Shown in pieces: positions 14,171 to 26,537 of a stretch of 64,000 bases of DNA. The notes below the pieces were generated by a model that saw only the letters and a program-made list of their open reading frames with translations, was not told where the DNA came from and did not search any database. The stretch lies in NCBI GenBank assembly GCA_951406725.2, contig OX597829.1:1550001-1614000 (forward strand). Direction: 5' to 3'. A program made the position numbers and the translations under genes. The first letter of the stretch is position 1, and every line of letters begins with the position of its first letter. This DNA is from Octopus vulgaris (Eukaryota).

Positions 14171-14281
14171 CTGGAGAATGTTGTTAACTCGGTCACAAAA
14201 AGGCCATAGAAGGCGAGTAACTGGGTCTATGATTCATTGGAATCGAAAAACTAGCGTCCAGAAGTTAACAATGGTGAGGGC

Positions 14282-15547
14282 AATGATGATAGTGGCGATG
14301 ATGATGATGGTATTGATGATGGTAATGATTATGTTGATGCTGATGATGTTGACGGCGGTGATGATAATGATGAATACGATGATGTTGATGATGATGATGA
14401 TAATAATGACGATAATGACGGTGACGATGATGATGATAATGCCAATGATGATGGTATTGATGATGGTGATGATTATGTTGATACTGATGATGTTGACGAC
14501 GGTGATGATAATGATGAATACGATGATGATGATGATGATAATGATGATAATGACGATAATGACGGTGACGATGATGATGATAATGCCAATGATGATGGTA
14601 TTGATGATGGTGATGATTATGTTGATACTGATGATGTTGACGACGGTGATGATAATGATGAATACGATGATGTTGATGATGATAATGATGATAATGACGA
14701 TAATGACGGTGACGATGATGATGATAATGCCAATGATGATGGTATTGATGATGGTGATGATTATGTTGATACTGATGATGTTGACGACGGTGATGATAAT
14801 GATGAATACGATGATGATGATGATGATAATGATGATAATGACGATAATGACGGTGACGATGATGATGATAATGCCAATGATGATGGTATTGATGATGGTG
14901 ATGATTATGTTGATACTGATGATGTTGACGACGGTGATGATAATGATGAATACGATGATGATGATGATGATAATGATGATAATGACGATAATGACGGTGA
15001 CGATGATGATGATAATGCCAATGATGATGGTATTGATGATGGTGATGATTATGTTGATACTGATGATGTTGACGACGGTGATGATAATGATGAATACGAT
15101 AATGATGATGATGATAATGATGATAATGACGATAATGACGGTGACGATGATGATGATAATGCCAATGATGATGGTATTGATGATGGTGATGATTATGTTG
15201 ATACTGATGATGTTGACGACGGTGATGATAATGATGAATACGATGATGTTGATGATGATAATGATGATAATGACGATAATGACGGTGACGATGATGATGA
15301 TAATGCCAATGATGATGGTATTGATGATGGTGATGATTATGTTGATACTGATGATGTTGACGACGGTGATGATAATGATGAATACGATAATGATGATGAT
15401 GATAATGATGATAATGACGGTGACGATGATGATGATAATAGTGATGATGATGTTGTTGATGATGGTGATGATTATGTTGATGCTGATGATGTTGATGATG
15501 ATGATGATGATGATGACGATGATGATGATGATGATGACGACGACGAT
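14282..15547. repeat. 144-bp minisatellite (about 8.5 units) built from degenerate (GAT)n
   Basis: Marker gccaatg recurs at 14441, 14585, 14729, 14873, 15017, 15161, 15305 (exact 144 spacing). Confidence 0.93.
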
Positions 15548-16134
15548 AAGCATTAAGAATAAAACTTTTCCACTTCAGGTTGTCAACTACATTGCTGTTG
15601 GATGTTTTTGTTGTTGATGTTGGGTGAGTGTGTGTGTGTGGGGGGGGGATGGGGTTGCATTAGCTCAATCCTTCTCACAGAGATTTGTGATCAAAGACAT
15701 AATGACCATCACGTCATACTTAGTCCCATGCGTGGATTTACTTTTCCAGTGAGTTATATCTTTTGAATTGATAGGGCTATGATCTTCGGTAAAATTTGGT
15801 TGTTATTTCTAGCCGACACACACACACACTCTCATATATCGACAAAAACACACACACACACACACGCATATATACTCACATACACACATACACACATACA
15901 CATACATTCACATACACACCCTCTCTCACACACACCATACACACACCAAGTCAGCTCATAAAAATACTTTTTGCGCATGTCTAAAATTCCCGTTAGCCCA
16001 TTGAGCTCCCCTACTCTCCTCTGTTCAGAAACCACATATCCTTCCATTCCCTTTGCTCATCTTATAACTAAGATATCAACAACCAACAGTTCACGGAATC
16101 ATTTTTCTTTGTTTTACTTTTCGTTCTTCACTCT

Positions 16135-16222
<88 letters not shown>

Positions 16223-16739
16223 ATTTATCTTTACAAAAGGCTTCTGCTTCAGATATCGATTTTTTTAATCTATTTCACATATATATCTCTTATTATATGA
16301 GGCAGATTTTATCTGCCTCCCTTTGTCAGTTATAGAAATCTACAATATAGGATTTCTTCTATTACAATTTACCTAGCATTTTTAAGAGTAGAATGCATCG
16401 GGTTTTGCCAGGTCCAGTTTTTAAAATTTAAACTCCAATTAAGCAAAATTTACAGAAAACTCACATTCTGGTGTGTATGTCAAATGCTTTTCTTAGTCTG
16501 GTTTGCAGCACACGCAAACGCACACACAGAGTGTGCAACGAATAAAGTGAAACTAGATGTAATATTTGTTTCTGTCTATCACGCTGATAGATACATGAGT
16601 AAAATGTATGGCAAGCTAACAGATAAATGTGAGTGAAAATGTTCTTGGAAGAGAGTAAATAGCGACAAAGTGATTTGAGGAAGACTAAACTGAAAGTATG
16701 AAACAGTGTTTATGTATAAACAGACGACACTTATATAAA

Positions 16740-17062
16740 CCCTTTCGTTACCAAACCGCCCGAATTTACCTATTCATATTTAAATGAGAATATCAGAGTA
16801 AATCTCTTTAGTACATTCGTGAAAACACGTATTATACTTCGTAAACACTTCAAATACAGTTTTGTACAAAAATCGAAGTGTAATTTTAATTCCGTGAATT
16901 ATGGGAGATTTTTTCCCGAAATTTGTTCCTATTGTGTTTTCAAAATTTGTAATTCTGACAAAAAATGGATACGAATTTCATTATATCAAGCAGCGAGTCA
17001 GAATTCGAAGGATTTTCTACTGAAGACCTTCATAAATCTAACTCTATGACTGAAAAAAAAAA
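16740..17062 (+). mobile_element. Possible piggyBac-like left end remnant
   Basis: Begins aaCCCTTtcgttacc; the downstream ATG gives acidic MDTNFIISSSESEFEGFSTEDL, resembling acidic EFEGF segments of DNA transposases; interrupted by a Helitron. Confidence 0.35.
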
Positions 17063-17065
17063 GCA

Positions 17066-17463
17066 TCTTTATATAAGAGTGAAGTTGTGTGTCTGTCTCC
17101 TACGATTTCGATTCGTAACTACTCCCACATTTTGCGGTGCAGTTTAACCAAAAGCGGGTATCTTATAGTCGTGATTCATATCGAGCCCTTCTGGGTATTA
17201 GCGCGCGTCTACGATGAGTCTACGATTTAAAAAAAATTTACCATCATATTTTTCCATTTTAATGCATTTTTTTCGCTTTTATATAAGGGAAGTAACTCTC
17301 TCTAAAAATATCTACGATGTGTCAACGATTTAAAAAAAAAATTTACCTTAATTTTTTTTCAATTTTTAATGCATTTTTTTACTATTTTTTGGCTATAACT
17401 CTCTAAAAATGCTTATATAGTTATTTCCCTTACAACCCGAGCAACGCCGGGCGATACTGCTAG
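17066..17463 (+). mobile_element. Non-autonomous Helitron (same family as 655-1042)
   Basis: A|TC start, cccgagcaacgccggg hairpin, CTAG|T end; carries an internal duplication of the ctacgat..aatgcattttt segment. Confidence 0.8.
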
Positions 17464-17464
17464 T

Positions 17465-17819
17465 TTATATATAAACGGCAAAATGTCTGTGTGTGTGTCC
17501 TTTATACAAATCCACAATTTTTCAGTTAGAGGGCTTGCACTTTCTATGGTTATTCAAAACCGTCCAAGGGTGGTCGTGCACCTCTTTACATTTCTCCAGT
17601 CACCCAACAAAGCCATTAAAAAAATCAATAGAAGTGACTTTTTGTGAATTTTCTATCCAAAACCCAATCAAAATGCCTGAAACTTGATACGCCAATTGAA
17701 TGCCAGCTAACTGTATGTGATTGGAGATTTGGACAGTACTTGTGTGTATGTGCGCATGCATGCAGCTGTATATGCATGCACTAGCGCTATGACGCAGCGT
17801 TGCTGGGTCATAGTGCTAG
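17465..17819 (+). mobile_element. Second Helitron-like element abutting the first
   Basis: ttatatataaa..(tgtc/tg)n start typical of these elements; ends in the palindrome ctagcgctatgac..gtcatagtgCTAG. Confidence 0.5.
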
Positions 17820-18347
17820 AAGGGGGGGGGGCACAGCTCCCTAAATGGGTAAGGGCCAAAATTTGACCCGTTCCCCCTACCTCAGAACCTTTCCCATGTA
17901 ATGCCAGATTTGGTACAGATTGATCCTGCGGTTTGGCTGCACATAGAGGAAACTACACACACAAACACACACACAAACAAACACACTCACAGACACATAT
18001 ATACACACACAAACACACATAAGCACACATACACTCAGACGCACAACACACAGTGAATTTTATAGATATAGATATATTATTACTTCTTTTTATATTTCTT
18101 TCATATTGTTGATTCACAATGTATTTCCGCCAAACTAGATTCGGGGCCAAGAAATTTATTAAACCCCCATTTTTTTTTTAATTTGAGCTGATGGATTTTC
18201 CTGCAGATCCCGTTATTGTTTCGTGTATTTCATTTCAAAGCAAACCTTTAAATGGTCATCAATTCTCATAGAAATAAAAACGAATTCTCTCGAATATCTT
18301 GCCCTTCTAACTTAAAAAAGAAATATACTTTGGGCAATAATAATCAT

Positions 18348-18395
<48 letters not shown>

Positions 18396-18527
18396 CAAGA
18401 TTGGATGGTCACGACTGGAGTGCTTTGATCATTGATGAATTGTCTTGGTTAGAATTGATCTGGTGCTACATAATAACAATAACAAAATTTGTAGATGGTT
18501 ATTACAATATCTTTAAAATCATTCATG

Positions 18528-18686
18528 TAGGAGTGGCTGCGTGGTAAGTAGCTTGCTTACGAATCCGCATGGTTCAGGGTTCAATCCCACTGCGTGGCAC
18601 CTTGGGCAATTGTCTTCTACTATAGCCTCGGGCTGACCAAGGCCTTGTGAGTGGATCTCGTAGATTTGAAAGAAGCCCGTCGTATA
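18528..18686 (+). mobile_element. tRNA-derived SINE family B, 5' part
   Basis: A-box tggctgcgtggtaag, B-box ggttcaatccc, CORE-like caccttgggcaa; ends in (TA)n. Confidence 0.85.
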
Positions 18687-18711
18687 TATGTGTATATATA
18701 TATATGTGTGT

Positions 18712-18819
<108 letters not shown>

Positions 18820-18840
18820 TACATACATACATACATATAT

Positions 18841-18942
18841 GCAGCGGGGTGGCGTCATTCGAAAACCAAAATAATGCGAACGCATTGTGACCAGCGATGT
18901 GTAACTACATCTGATGGACTGGTCGGTCACGTGATCACGTGA
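18841..18942 (+). mobile_element. Short structured repeat in (TA)n (family of 7181-7291)
   Basis: Shared cgcattgtgaccagcgatgtgta..acatctgat..ctggt.ggtcacg. Confidence 0.65.
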
Positions 18943-18971
18943 TATATATATATATTTATATATATATAAAA

Positions 18972-19115
18972 TTGCAGTTTGGAAGGTGTTCATAAGCCAT
19001 TTAAGAAACACACAAAAACCGTTAGATTCACTTCAACATTTAAATTTAATTTGTCAAAATATTTTCGTCGCTTTGAAGCCGCACCCTGTTCACTGACAAA
19101 ACTTCGTGATGCATC
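18972..19115 (-). mobile_element. Short element with G3-C8 variant hammerhead (19050-19100)
   Basis: Minus strand tttgtca-GTGAACA-gggtgc..gcgac-GAAA-atat-TT-tgacaaa; homologous to 52641-52855. Confidence 0.6.
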
Positions 19116-19154
19116 TGAGAAAGTAACAGTTAGTTCATGATATATATGTACGTA

Positions 19155-19205
<51 letters not shown>

Positions 19206-19596
19206 ATGTATGTATGTATGTATGTATGTATGTATGTTTGTATGTATGTATGTATGTGTGTACATGTATGTGCGCATGCATGTGCGGATGCCTATACGCA
19301 AGTATGTACTTATGTACTTACGTATGTATGTGAATATTTAGGAGAGTCTGTAGACGGGTCTGTGTGTGTGTACATGTGTATGTACATGTGAACGCATGTT
19401 TATGTACTGATATGTACTGTCAGTTCAAGTTGTATACATGACTGTTACCTTGTTGATGGTTGTATATATATATATAAATATATATACACATACCGGAGTA
19501 AACACATAAATGTGAAACAAGGTGGAAAAAAGAGTACTCAAATACCAGTGGTAGAGTAATATGCTTTATTTTAAGCAGCAGAAAATTCAACAAAAT

Positions 19597-19634
19597 CTGT
19601 TACTCTGAGTTTCTCGTTGCCGTTCATCAGACAG
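19597..19634 (-). ncRNA. Type I minimal hammerhead ribozyme
   Basis: ctgt-CTGATGA-a cg GCAA cg a-GAAAC-tcaga-GTA-acag; identical to 30206-30243. Confidence 0.8.
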
Positions 19635-20727
19635 TTTTTGCTAGAATGGAACCGATATATCAATTCAATCTAGACTCTTACAAACGCTACACGTTTAAAA
19701 AGAAATGGACTTGTTTGATTGGCCCTTTAGAAAAAAAACGGTCAATCTTCGAGCGATAAACAAAAAGGTCAAAAATATATGTATATATATATATAAAAAA
19801 GCTTATAAAAAATTATAAAATTCGAGGAAAAAACCTTACATTGAATGAAATACATATTGACGTTAATGAAGAAAGTATAAATTAATTCATAGGAATTAAA
19901 CCTGTTATAAATATTACACTGCAATACATATTTTTATTAAAATGTGCATATATATATCAACATACACAAAAAAAGATGCGCGCCAACGCCATACATATAC
20001 AGACGTATGAATATAAATCTAAATATACACATAAATGCATGTGTACATATATTCACGCAAAACCATCTCGCACGCAAGTTAAAAATCATGTATGTAGCGA
20101 TTCTCATATACTGAGTAAGGGGGGTAACGAAAGAAAGGAAGAGAGAGAAAAAGGAACGAAGGAGGGGTGGGGAAAAAAACGAAATAAGAAAAAATTATGT
20201 ATACAATCTGTGTAACGGCGTTATTGGCATATATGGAGACAAGTATACAAACAAGTTCGTATGGATACATACATACAGTCGTGTATATGTGTGCTTAAGC
20301 ACAAACATACTCTCACTTACACATACACAGATACGCATGCTTACAAATACATATCCTCGGCTATACACATACTTACATCAACATTTTAATTTTGACAACA
20401 TTGCTTTTTTTGAAAAAAACCTTGCTTTTTTTTAAAAGAATGGGTGCATTAATAAAAATATATACGAAAGACATATAAAATAAAATATAACACCCTATTT
20501 TGGATCATTTATAAATAATCAAGGTAATATAAATAATCAAGGTAATCCTATACAATACAGTAACCTGAAAACAGGGTCGAAGGTTTTTCCTGATGTATAT
20601 GTAGAAACATAAGACTTTGCTATACGGATTAAGATCCGCATAGCTTGGAAAACAAAATCCATCGTAGCGCTCATCGTTCAAGAGTCAAAATCAAAATTTC
20701 AAAAATCAAAAATACAAAATATATACT

Positions 20728-21024
20728 CTATCCATATGGTATATTTATATTCGACATTTTAAATTTAGCCGCGTGCCTACATAAGTTCATTAGCTCACTT
20801 CTTTGATTCAAAGAATTATTGTCTTTGAATAAGATGTACATTTTTTCTAATAGACAAAGTTTGCACTTGAAATTATTTTTGTAATTTTTTGTAAGCCTGT
20901 ATGGTGCCGCCCTGTCCAGAATGCTCCATGTCACGTTGAAAGGTGGGGCTTCCTTTTCTTTTAGTTCCCAGACATATTTTGCTAGGCTGGTCCTCTTCCT
21001 ATTCTCTGAGTATTTAAATGAATA
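20728..21024 (-). pseudogene. Penelope-like GIY-YIG endonuclease C-terminal fragment (Naiad-like CxxC...CxH motif)
   Basis: From ORF 20728..21093: YSFKYSENRKRTSLAKYVWELKEK...WSILDRAAPY...CKLCLLEKMYIL...LNQRSELMNLCRH; the upstream part of the ORF is (GAT)n microsatellite. Confidence 0.78.
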
Positions 21025-21094
21025 ATCATCATCATCATTATCATCATCAACAACAAGAACAATAATATTAAAAGAAATAATGGCTTCCAACAAT

Positions 21095-21492
21095 TAGGCG
21101 CATTGCATGCAATTTTTGAGGAAAGGGGTTGCGGTCAATACCATTTACCCCAGTACTTGACTGATACTATATTTTATCTCCTTTAAGCTGACCCCGCCAT
21201 GGATGTGAAATAACACCGCCAGGCATTTTGTCCGCTGCACCAACTATTCTAACAGTTCGCCACCTTGGGTTTGACAATGGTATTAATTCTTTGTACAGAA
21301 AGAAAGTCACAAGGCCTCACATTTACAATGAAGGGGCTAGTCGATTACATCGACCCCGGTGCACAAGTGGTATTTCATTTCATTGAATGACAGACAAATC
21401 GAGTCGACCTCAATGGAATTTGAACTCAGAACGTAAAGCCGAAAATAATACTACTTCGTTTGATGCACTAACTTTTCTGCCAGCTCGTCGCA
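21095..21492 (-). mobile_element. Two old, decayed family-A-related SINE copies
   Basis: Remnants gtcgattacatcgacccc, ggaatttgaactcagaacgt, ctgccagctcg. Confidence 0.55.
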
Positions 21493-21866
21493 GAGGGCTT
21501 AATCATATTACGAAACGGAACCTCTATTTGTACACTATTTATCTAGTCATATTTCTAAATACCATTCCTATGTCGCATGCCTTGTGGTAATTATTCGATT
21601 TCGTATAAAGAAAGAATATGAAGACTAGTATTAGTATGTTATGTTGACTTGTTTGTTGTATCTCGGTTAAATGTCGGATTGTTATCTATGGCGATGTCGT
21701 CTGGTACATAATTAAAAAGACATTATCTATAAATCTAAAAACATCAAATTCTTGGGTGGAGCTTGAAAATATACATAGACAGAAACACACGCAGACACAT
21801 ACACACATGCATGTACACACTCATATAGGTATATGCATACAAACATATATATATGCATTCACACAT

Positions 21867-21909
<43 letters not shown>

Positions 21910-22493
21910 AAATGTAAAAAATACAAACTGGGACAAGAACGTGAAACATATAAAAAACACGGACGGGACATTCGAAGCCTTCAATCTTCAGTCAAGAAGC
22001 GGATCATCTTCGCAATTTCGATACACATATATATACACACACACACGTACATATATGTATATCGATGTTTATATATGTGTGTATATATATACATTCAAAG
22101 AAATAAATTTTTTCAGAGAAATGGGGTTCTAAGGGAAATATATTTTCGTATGATGTCATTATAAAGTTCTTTGGTAAAATTGTGATATAAGATGATAGAT
22201 TTGGGTGAAGAACCCTTTCTGTGTCTTTCCATAACACCAGACTTACACACCCACACACACACACACACATTCATACGCCATGCTCATGCACACACATATA
22301 TTCATGGTTGTATTTGTTCTACGAATGAACACATTTCTCAACGGTTGCTGCGATCGCTAATCTACTCAGTTTGTTTTGTTTGTGGTTTTTTTCTTCCATT
22401 TTTGGCGTTAATGGAATTTTTATTTATAGGAATGAATTTTGTCTCAAAGTGAATCAAATTTCTTTTTCTTTTATTCTTGCTTTATAAAATGTA

Positions 22494-22538
22494 TAGCAGC
22501 AACAGCAGCGGCGGCAATAGTAGTAGTAGTAGTAGTAT

Positions 22539-22611
<73 letters not shown>

Positions 22612-22721
22612 TGTAGTAGTAGTAGTAATAGCAGTAGCAGCAGCAGCAGTAGTAGTAGTAGTAGATGTAGAAGTAGATGTAGTAGTAGTAGATGTAGTAG
22701 TAGCAGCAGCAGCGGTAGTAA

Positions 22722-22772
<51 letters not shown>

Positions 22773-22783
22773 CAGCAGCAGCA
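22494..22783. repeat. (TAG)n/(CAG)n microsatellite
   Basis: Direct. Confidence 0.95.
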
Positions 22784-23459
22784 AGAATGACAAAACTATT
22801 CCACTTATCTGCCTTTTAACGGCGATTTCTTTGCTTTGTTTCAGTTTCTAAACCATTTTCCTGAAGTCGTCAGGAGGCAACGGCTCTTGACGTTTTCGGT
22901 GCGTAAATGTAGCAAGAGAGCGGAAAGCATTGATTTTTTTCTTCCTCCAACCGATATATAAGTTTTAATGTGCTTTTTCTCTTCGGGCTGTCAAATTTAT
23001 ATCCCCTTTGTGGCACTGCCAACAGTCTGTCAGCTGTGGAAGTAAGGTTGGTTGGTAGCTTTTAACGATATTCTACGTCATTCTTTACTGGCATATTGTA
23101 CGTTTTTTTTCTTTTTGTTTTCCTCTTTGTTTTAGTTGTTTGTTCCACTAGCACACACAAACTCTCGTATTTTAAGGAAAGGAGAAATGAGAAGTTGTGA
23201 CTTTTATGTTTTCCTTGAGGGCATTAGAAGCGTGAGATGGATTGGCAACAACGAGTAATCAAAACCATGGCATGAAGTCGGTTGGCAACGGGATCGTTCC
23301 TTTTGACTTACTGAGCATGTTTGCAGCCTATAGGTGTCTTATATTATAGGTTCCAAAATAACTCAAATCGATTTCTTATTTAGATGACCGGGAGACTAAA
23401 CCCTGCTGCCGTCTTCAATTATGTTCGTAAGTCATACTTGTCAAATTGTCCCGTAAATA

Positions 23460-23492
<33 letters not shown>

Positions 23493-23689
23493 CATATATT
23501 CACTCCACACGTCTTTGCTATCATGTCTGGGCTATGCCACAAAAGAAATACGATTCTGAATGGACTCCTGTTATCTTTGACGTTAAACATGCCTTATGTG
23601 AAGAGGACTTTGTGCATTTGCTTATATGGTAGAAATAGTAGCCAATTTTATTTTCCTTAAATCACACGGAACTATATTTAAGAATATAT

Positions 23690-23920
23690 GTTTCTTTCTT
23701 GCCCACAAGGGGCTAAACACAGAGAGGACAAACAAGGACAGACAAAGGGATTAAGTCGATTACATCGACCCCAGTGCGTAACTGGTACTTATTTAATCGA
23801 CCCCGAAAGGATGAAAGGCAAAGTCGACCTCGGCGGAATTTGAACTGAGAACGTAGCGACAGACGAAATACCGCCAAGCATTTCGCCCGGCGTGCTAACG
23901 TTTCTGCTAGCTCGCCGCCT
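23690..23920 (-). mobile_element. SINE family A, full length
   Basis: Reverse complement of the 1317-1547 family; taagaatat / taatatttaaaaatat flanks resemble a decayed TSD. Confidence 0.88.
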
Positions 23921-24640
23921 TAATATTTAAAAATATAGGATACATTTAACGTGTTTAAGATATACATAGCATACAGGATGGGCACGGTTAGAATACTTCT
24001 GTTTGACAATTTTGACCTGAATTTAAGCCGCAGCTCCTGTAATGACATCGTTACGTATCGTCTAAAGTCAGAGCTGGTGAGGAAGGTCGTTTTTTCAAAT
24101 GACGTATTTGGTTTAAGTAGATATTTTCATGTTATAGGAAACACAGGAAAACAGACCAATTCCAGCCACATCTCAATGTATTAGTGTGTATATGTGTGTA
24201 TGTGTGCATGAGTTCATGTGTATGTGTGAGCATGACCAATATGGCGCCTGTGGATCACTTTTGTCGAACGAATTTTTGTGATTACACTCTTTCCCCCATC
24301 CACCATTTTATGTTACAGTTTTGTCGTAATGTATTTTCATTTTTTTAATAGTTATTCTTTTTATTCAATGGCGATAAGCTTTACTTCTCACTCCTTAGTA
24401 ATAAATACAGAACAGCCACAATAAAATATGTATAGAATAAGTTCACACAACTTAACATATATAGAGATAAGATATAAATTATCCTGTAATGTAAATTTGA
24501 CCATGTTTGAGCAACAGTATACGAGTTTTATGAAATCTCCTCTACACAGAAACATGCAGTTGGTTCTCTTTCCCCAAATATACACACATACATACACACA
24601 TACATAAACACACACATACACACACACATACATACATACA

Positions 24641-24767
<127 letters not shown>

Positions 24768-24876
24768 GTGTATTTTTACCTTGTTAACAATTAACACGGA
24801 AAAAATAAATAAATAGTTACCAGGGCAGCCAAATTTTTCTGCTCAAATGTCTTATTGACGAGTTTCGTTTTTTTCA

Positions 24877-24960
24877 CTTTCCTGAGGAGAAGATTGCATT
24901 GTTTATACCATTTATTCTTTTGAATAGTATCAGTGGAATTTTCGAAACATGTGTCGAAAG
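24877..24960 (+). ncRNA. Type I hammerhead ribozyme with long stem II
   Basis: ctttc-CTGAGGA-[gaagattgcattg ... cagtggaattttc]-GAAAC-atgt-GTC-gaaag. Confidence 0.78.
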
Positions 24961-25979
24961 TAAAAATATTTGATTACACCTGCGTTAACTCCATTTTTTT
25001 ATTCATATATATATATATATAGGTATGAGAAGTTTTAGTCAGGAGGACTCAAACTAATAGGTATGCGTCCTGAGTGTACGACTAGGTGTGCCACCAAAAT
25101 TACAGTTAGAACAACTGTTGAAGTTGTAATTGCGTGATTGGCTTGAAGTGATATCTCTTTGAGTCAGTAAGTATAGGTTAAAGTAGTGAGGAAAGGTAAA
25201 CAATTAGACAATGTATATATATATATAAATTAATAAATAAATAAAACATATGCATATATACATACATATACGTACCTACCTACCTCTACATGTATATATA
25301 CATGCATATATGGGTACAGGACACCAAAAAAACGTCGAACACAACGAAAAAATAGAGTACAGGACATACAAAACAAGGAAAATTCCTCTTCTTCAGTCGC
25401 CTTAATTTCATCTACTCCACGTTTCGAAGGTCAAGGCGATACATGACTTCGATGAAATTTTCCTTCCCGCGAAAATCAAATTAAATAAAATTTGAGATCT
25501 TTTTGCGGAGGGGTAAAAAGGGTAACAAAAAGAGGACAGTAACGACAGTACAAAATATAAACAGTAAAAGACATGACAAGGAGAACAACAAGACAAGAAG
25601 GGCTGTTAACGCCGAACGAGATAAAACATTTTTTACGAACGCTATTGTTTGAGGAGGGCAGAGAGAACAGATTACCGTCTCTACTTGACGGAGTCCAGGA
25701 GAAGAAAGACAGAAATAGCCATCTCATCACGTGACCGCGACGGGAGGGAGGAGGAGGAGTAAGAGAAAGGGAGGGAAAAAAGGGGGAATGGTTGTAGAGA
25801 AAAGAATGAAGAATGAGAAAGAGAGGGAGAGACAGTAAGGTAGAAGAAAAGGAAAGCCAAAGAATGAAGGCTGAGAAAGGGAGGGTAGAGAAAGGTTAAG
25901 AGTGCGCATCATTTTTAATATTAAGAACAATCTTACTTAGAAAGGGATGCGTGCGTTCTGTCATATAATAAATTAATAA

Positions 25980-26018
<39 letters not shown>

Positions 26019-26035
26019 CATGTGTTCTAAATGAT

Positions 26036-26194
26036 TGAGTGGCTCTGTGGTAAGTAGCTTGCTTACCAACCACATGGTTCCGAGGTCAGTCCCACTGATT
26101 GGCACCTTGGGCAAGTGTCTTCTACTATAACCTCGGGCCGACCAAAGCCTTGTGAGTGCATTTGGTAGACGGAAACTGAAAGAAGCCCGTCGTA

Positions 26195-26242
<48 letters not shown>

Positions 26243-26537
26243 AATTGAGATAGGGGTTGTAAATGCATATATATATATGTAAATGCATATATATATATGT
26301 CTATGTGTGTATATGTTTGTGTGTCTGTGTTTGCCCCCTCCCCCAACATCGCTTGAGAACCGATGCTGGTGTCTTTACGTCCCCGTAACTTAGCGGTTCG
26401 GCGAAAGGGACCGATAGAATAAGTACTAGGTTTACAAAGAATAAGTCCTGGGGTCGATTTGCTCGACTAAACGGCGGTGCTCCAGCATGACCACAGTCAA
26501 ATGACTGAAACAAGTAAAAGAGTAAAAGAGTAAAAGA
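26036..26537 (+). mobile_element. SINE family B, full length with internal (TA)n
   Basis: tRNA-like head, CORE-like segment, 3' part ending (gtaaaaga)n. Confidence 0.88.

Larger units (their letters stand above)
19491..21024 (-). mobile_element. 5'-truncated Penelope-like element: GIY-YIG C-terminus, long 3' region, terminal hammerhead
   Basis: ORF tail TSLAKYVWELK..W.I...Y..CKLCLLEK..I..LNQRSE...CRH; hammerhead at 19597-19634; 3' end abuts (TA)n. Continuity across the 1.1-kb spacer is inferred. Confidence 0.72.

Noticed and set aside
14178-15617. 479-aa Met-rich ORF and 439-aa Ile-rich antisense ORF
   Set aside because: By-products of a (GAT)n-derived repeat with implausible composition.
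20619-20644. Hairpin downstream of the GIY-YIG ORF as a SECIS element
   Set aside because: An 11-bp stem exists, but I could not find the AUGA/GA quartet with an apical AA at the right spacing.
21960-22000. Hammerhead candidate on minus strand (CTGAAGA..gaag/cttc..GAAT)
   Set aside because: GAAA is broken and no stem I forms; at best a decayed copy.
22845-23041. Plus-strand exon candidate (tttcag ... gtaagg)
   Set aside because: Splice-like signals only, with an in-frame stop in the longest frame and no supporting evidence.
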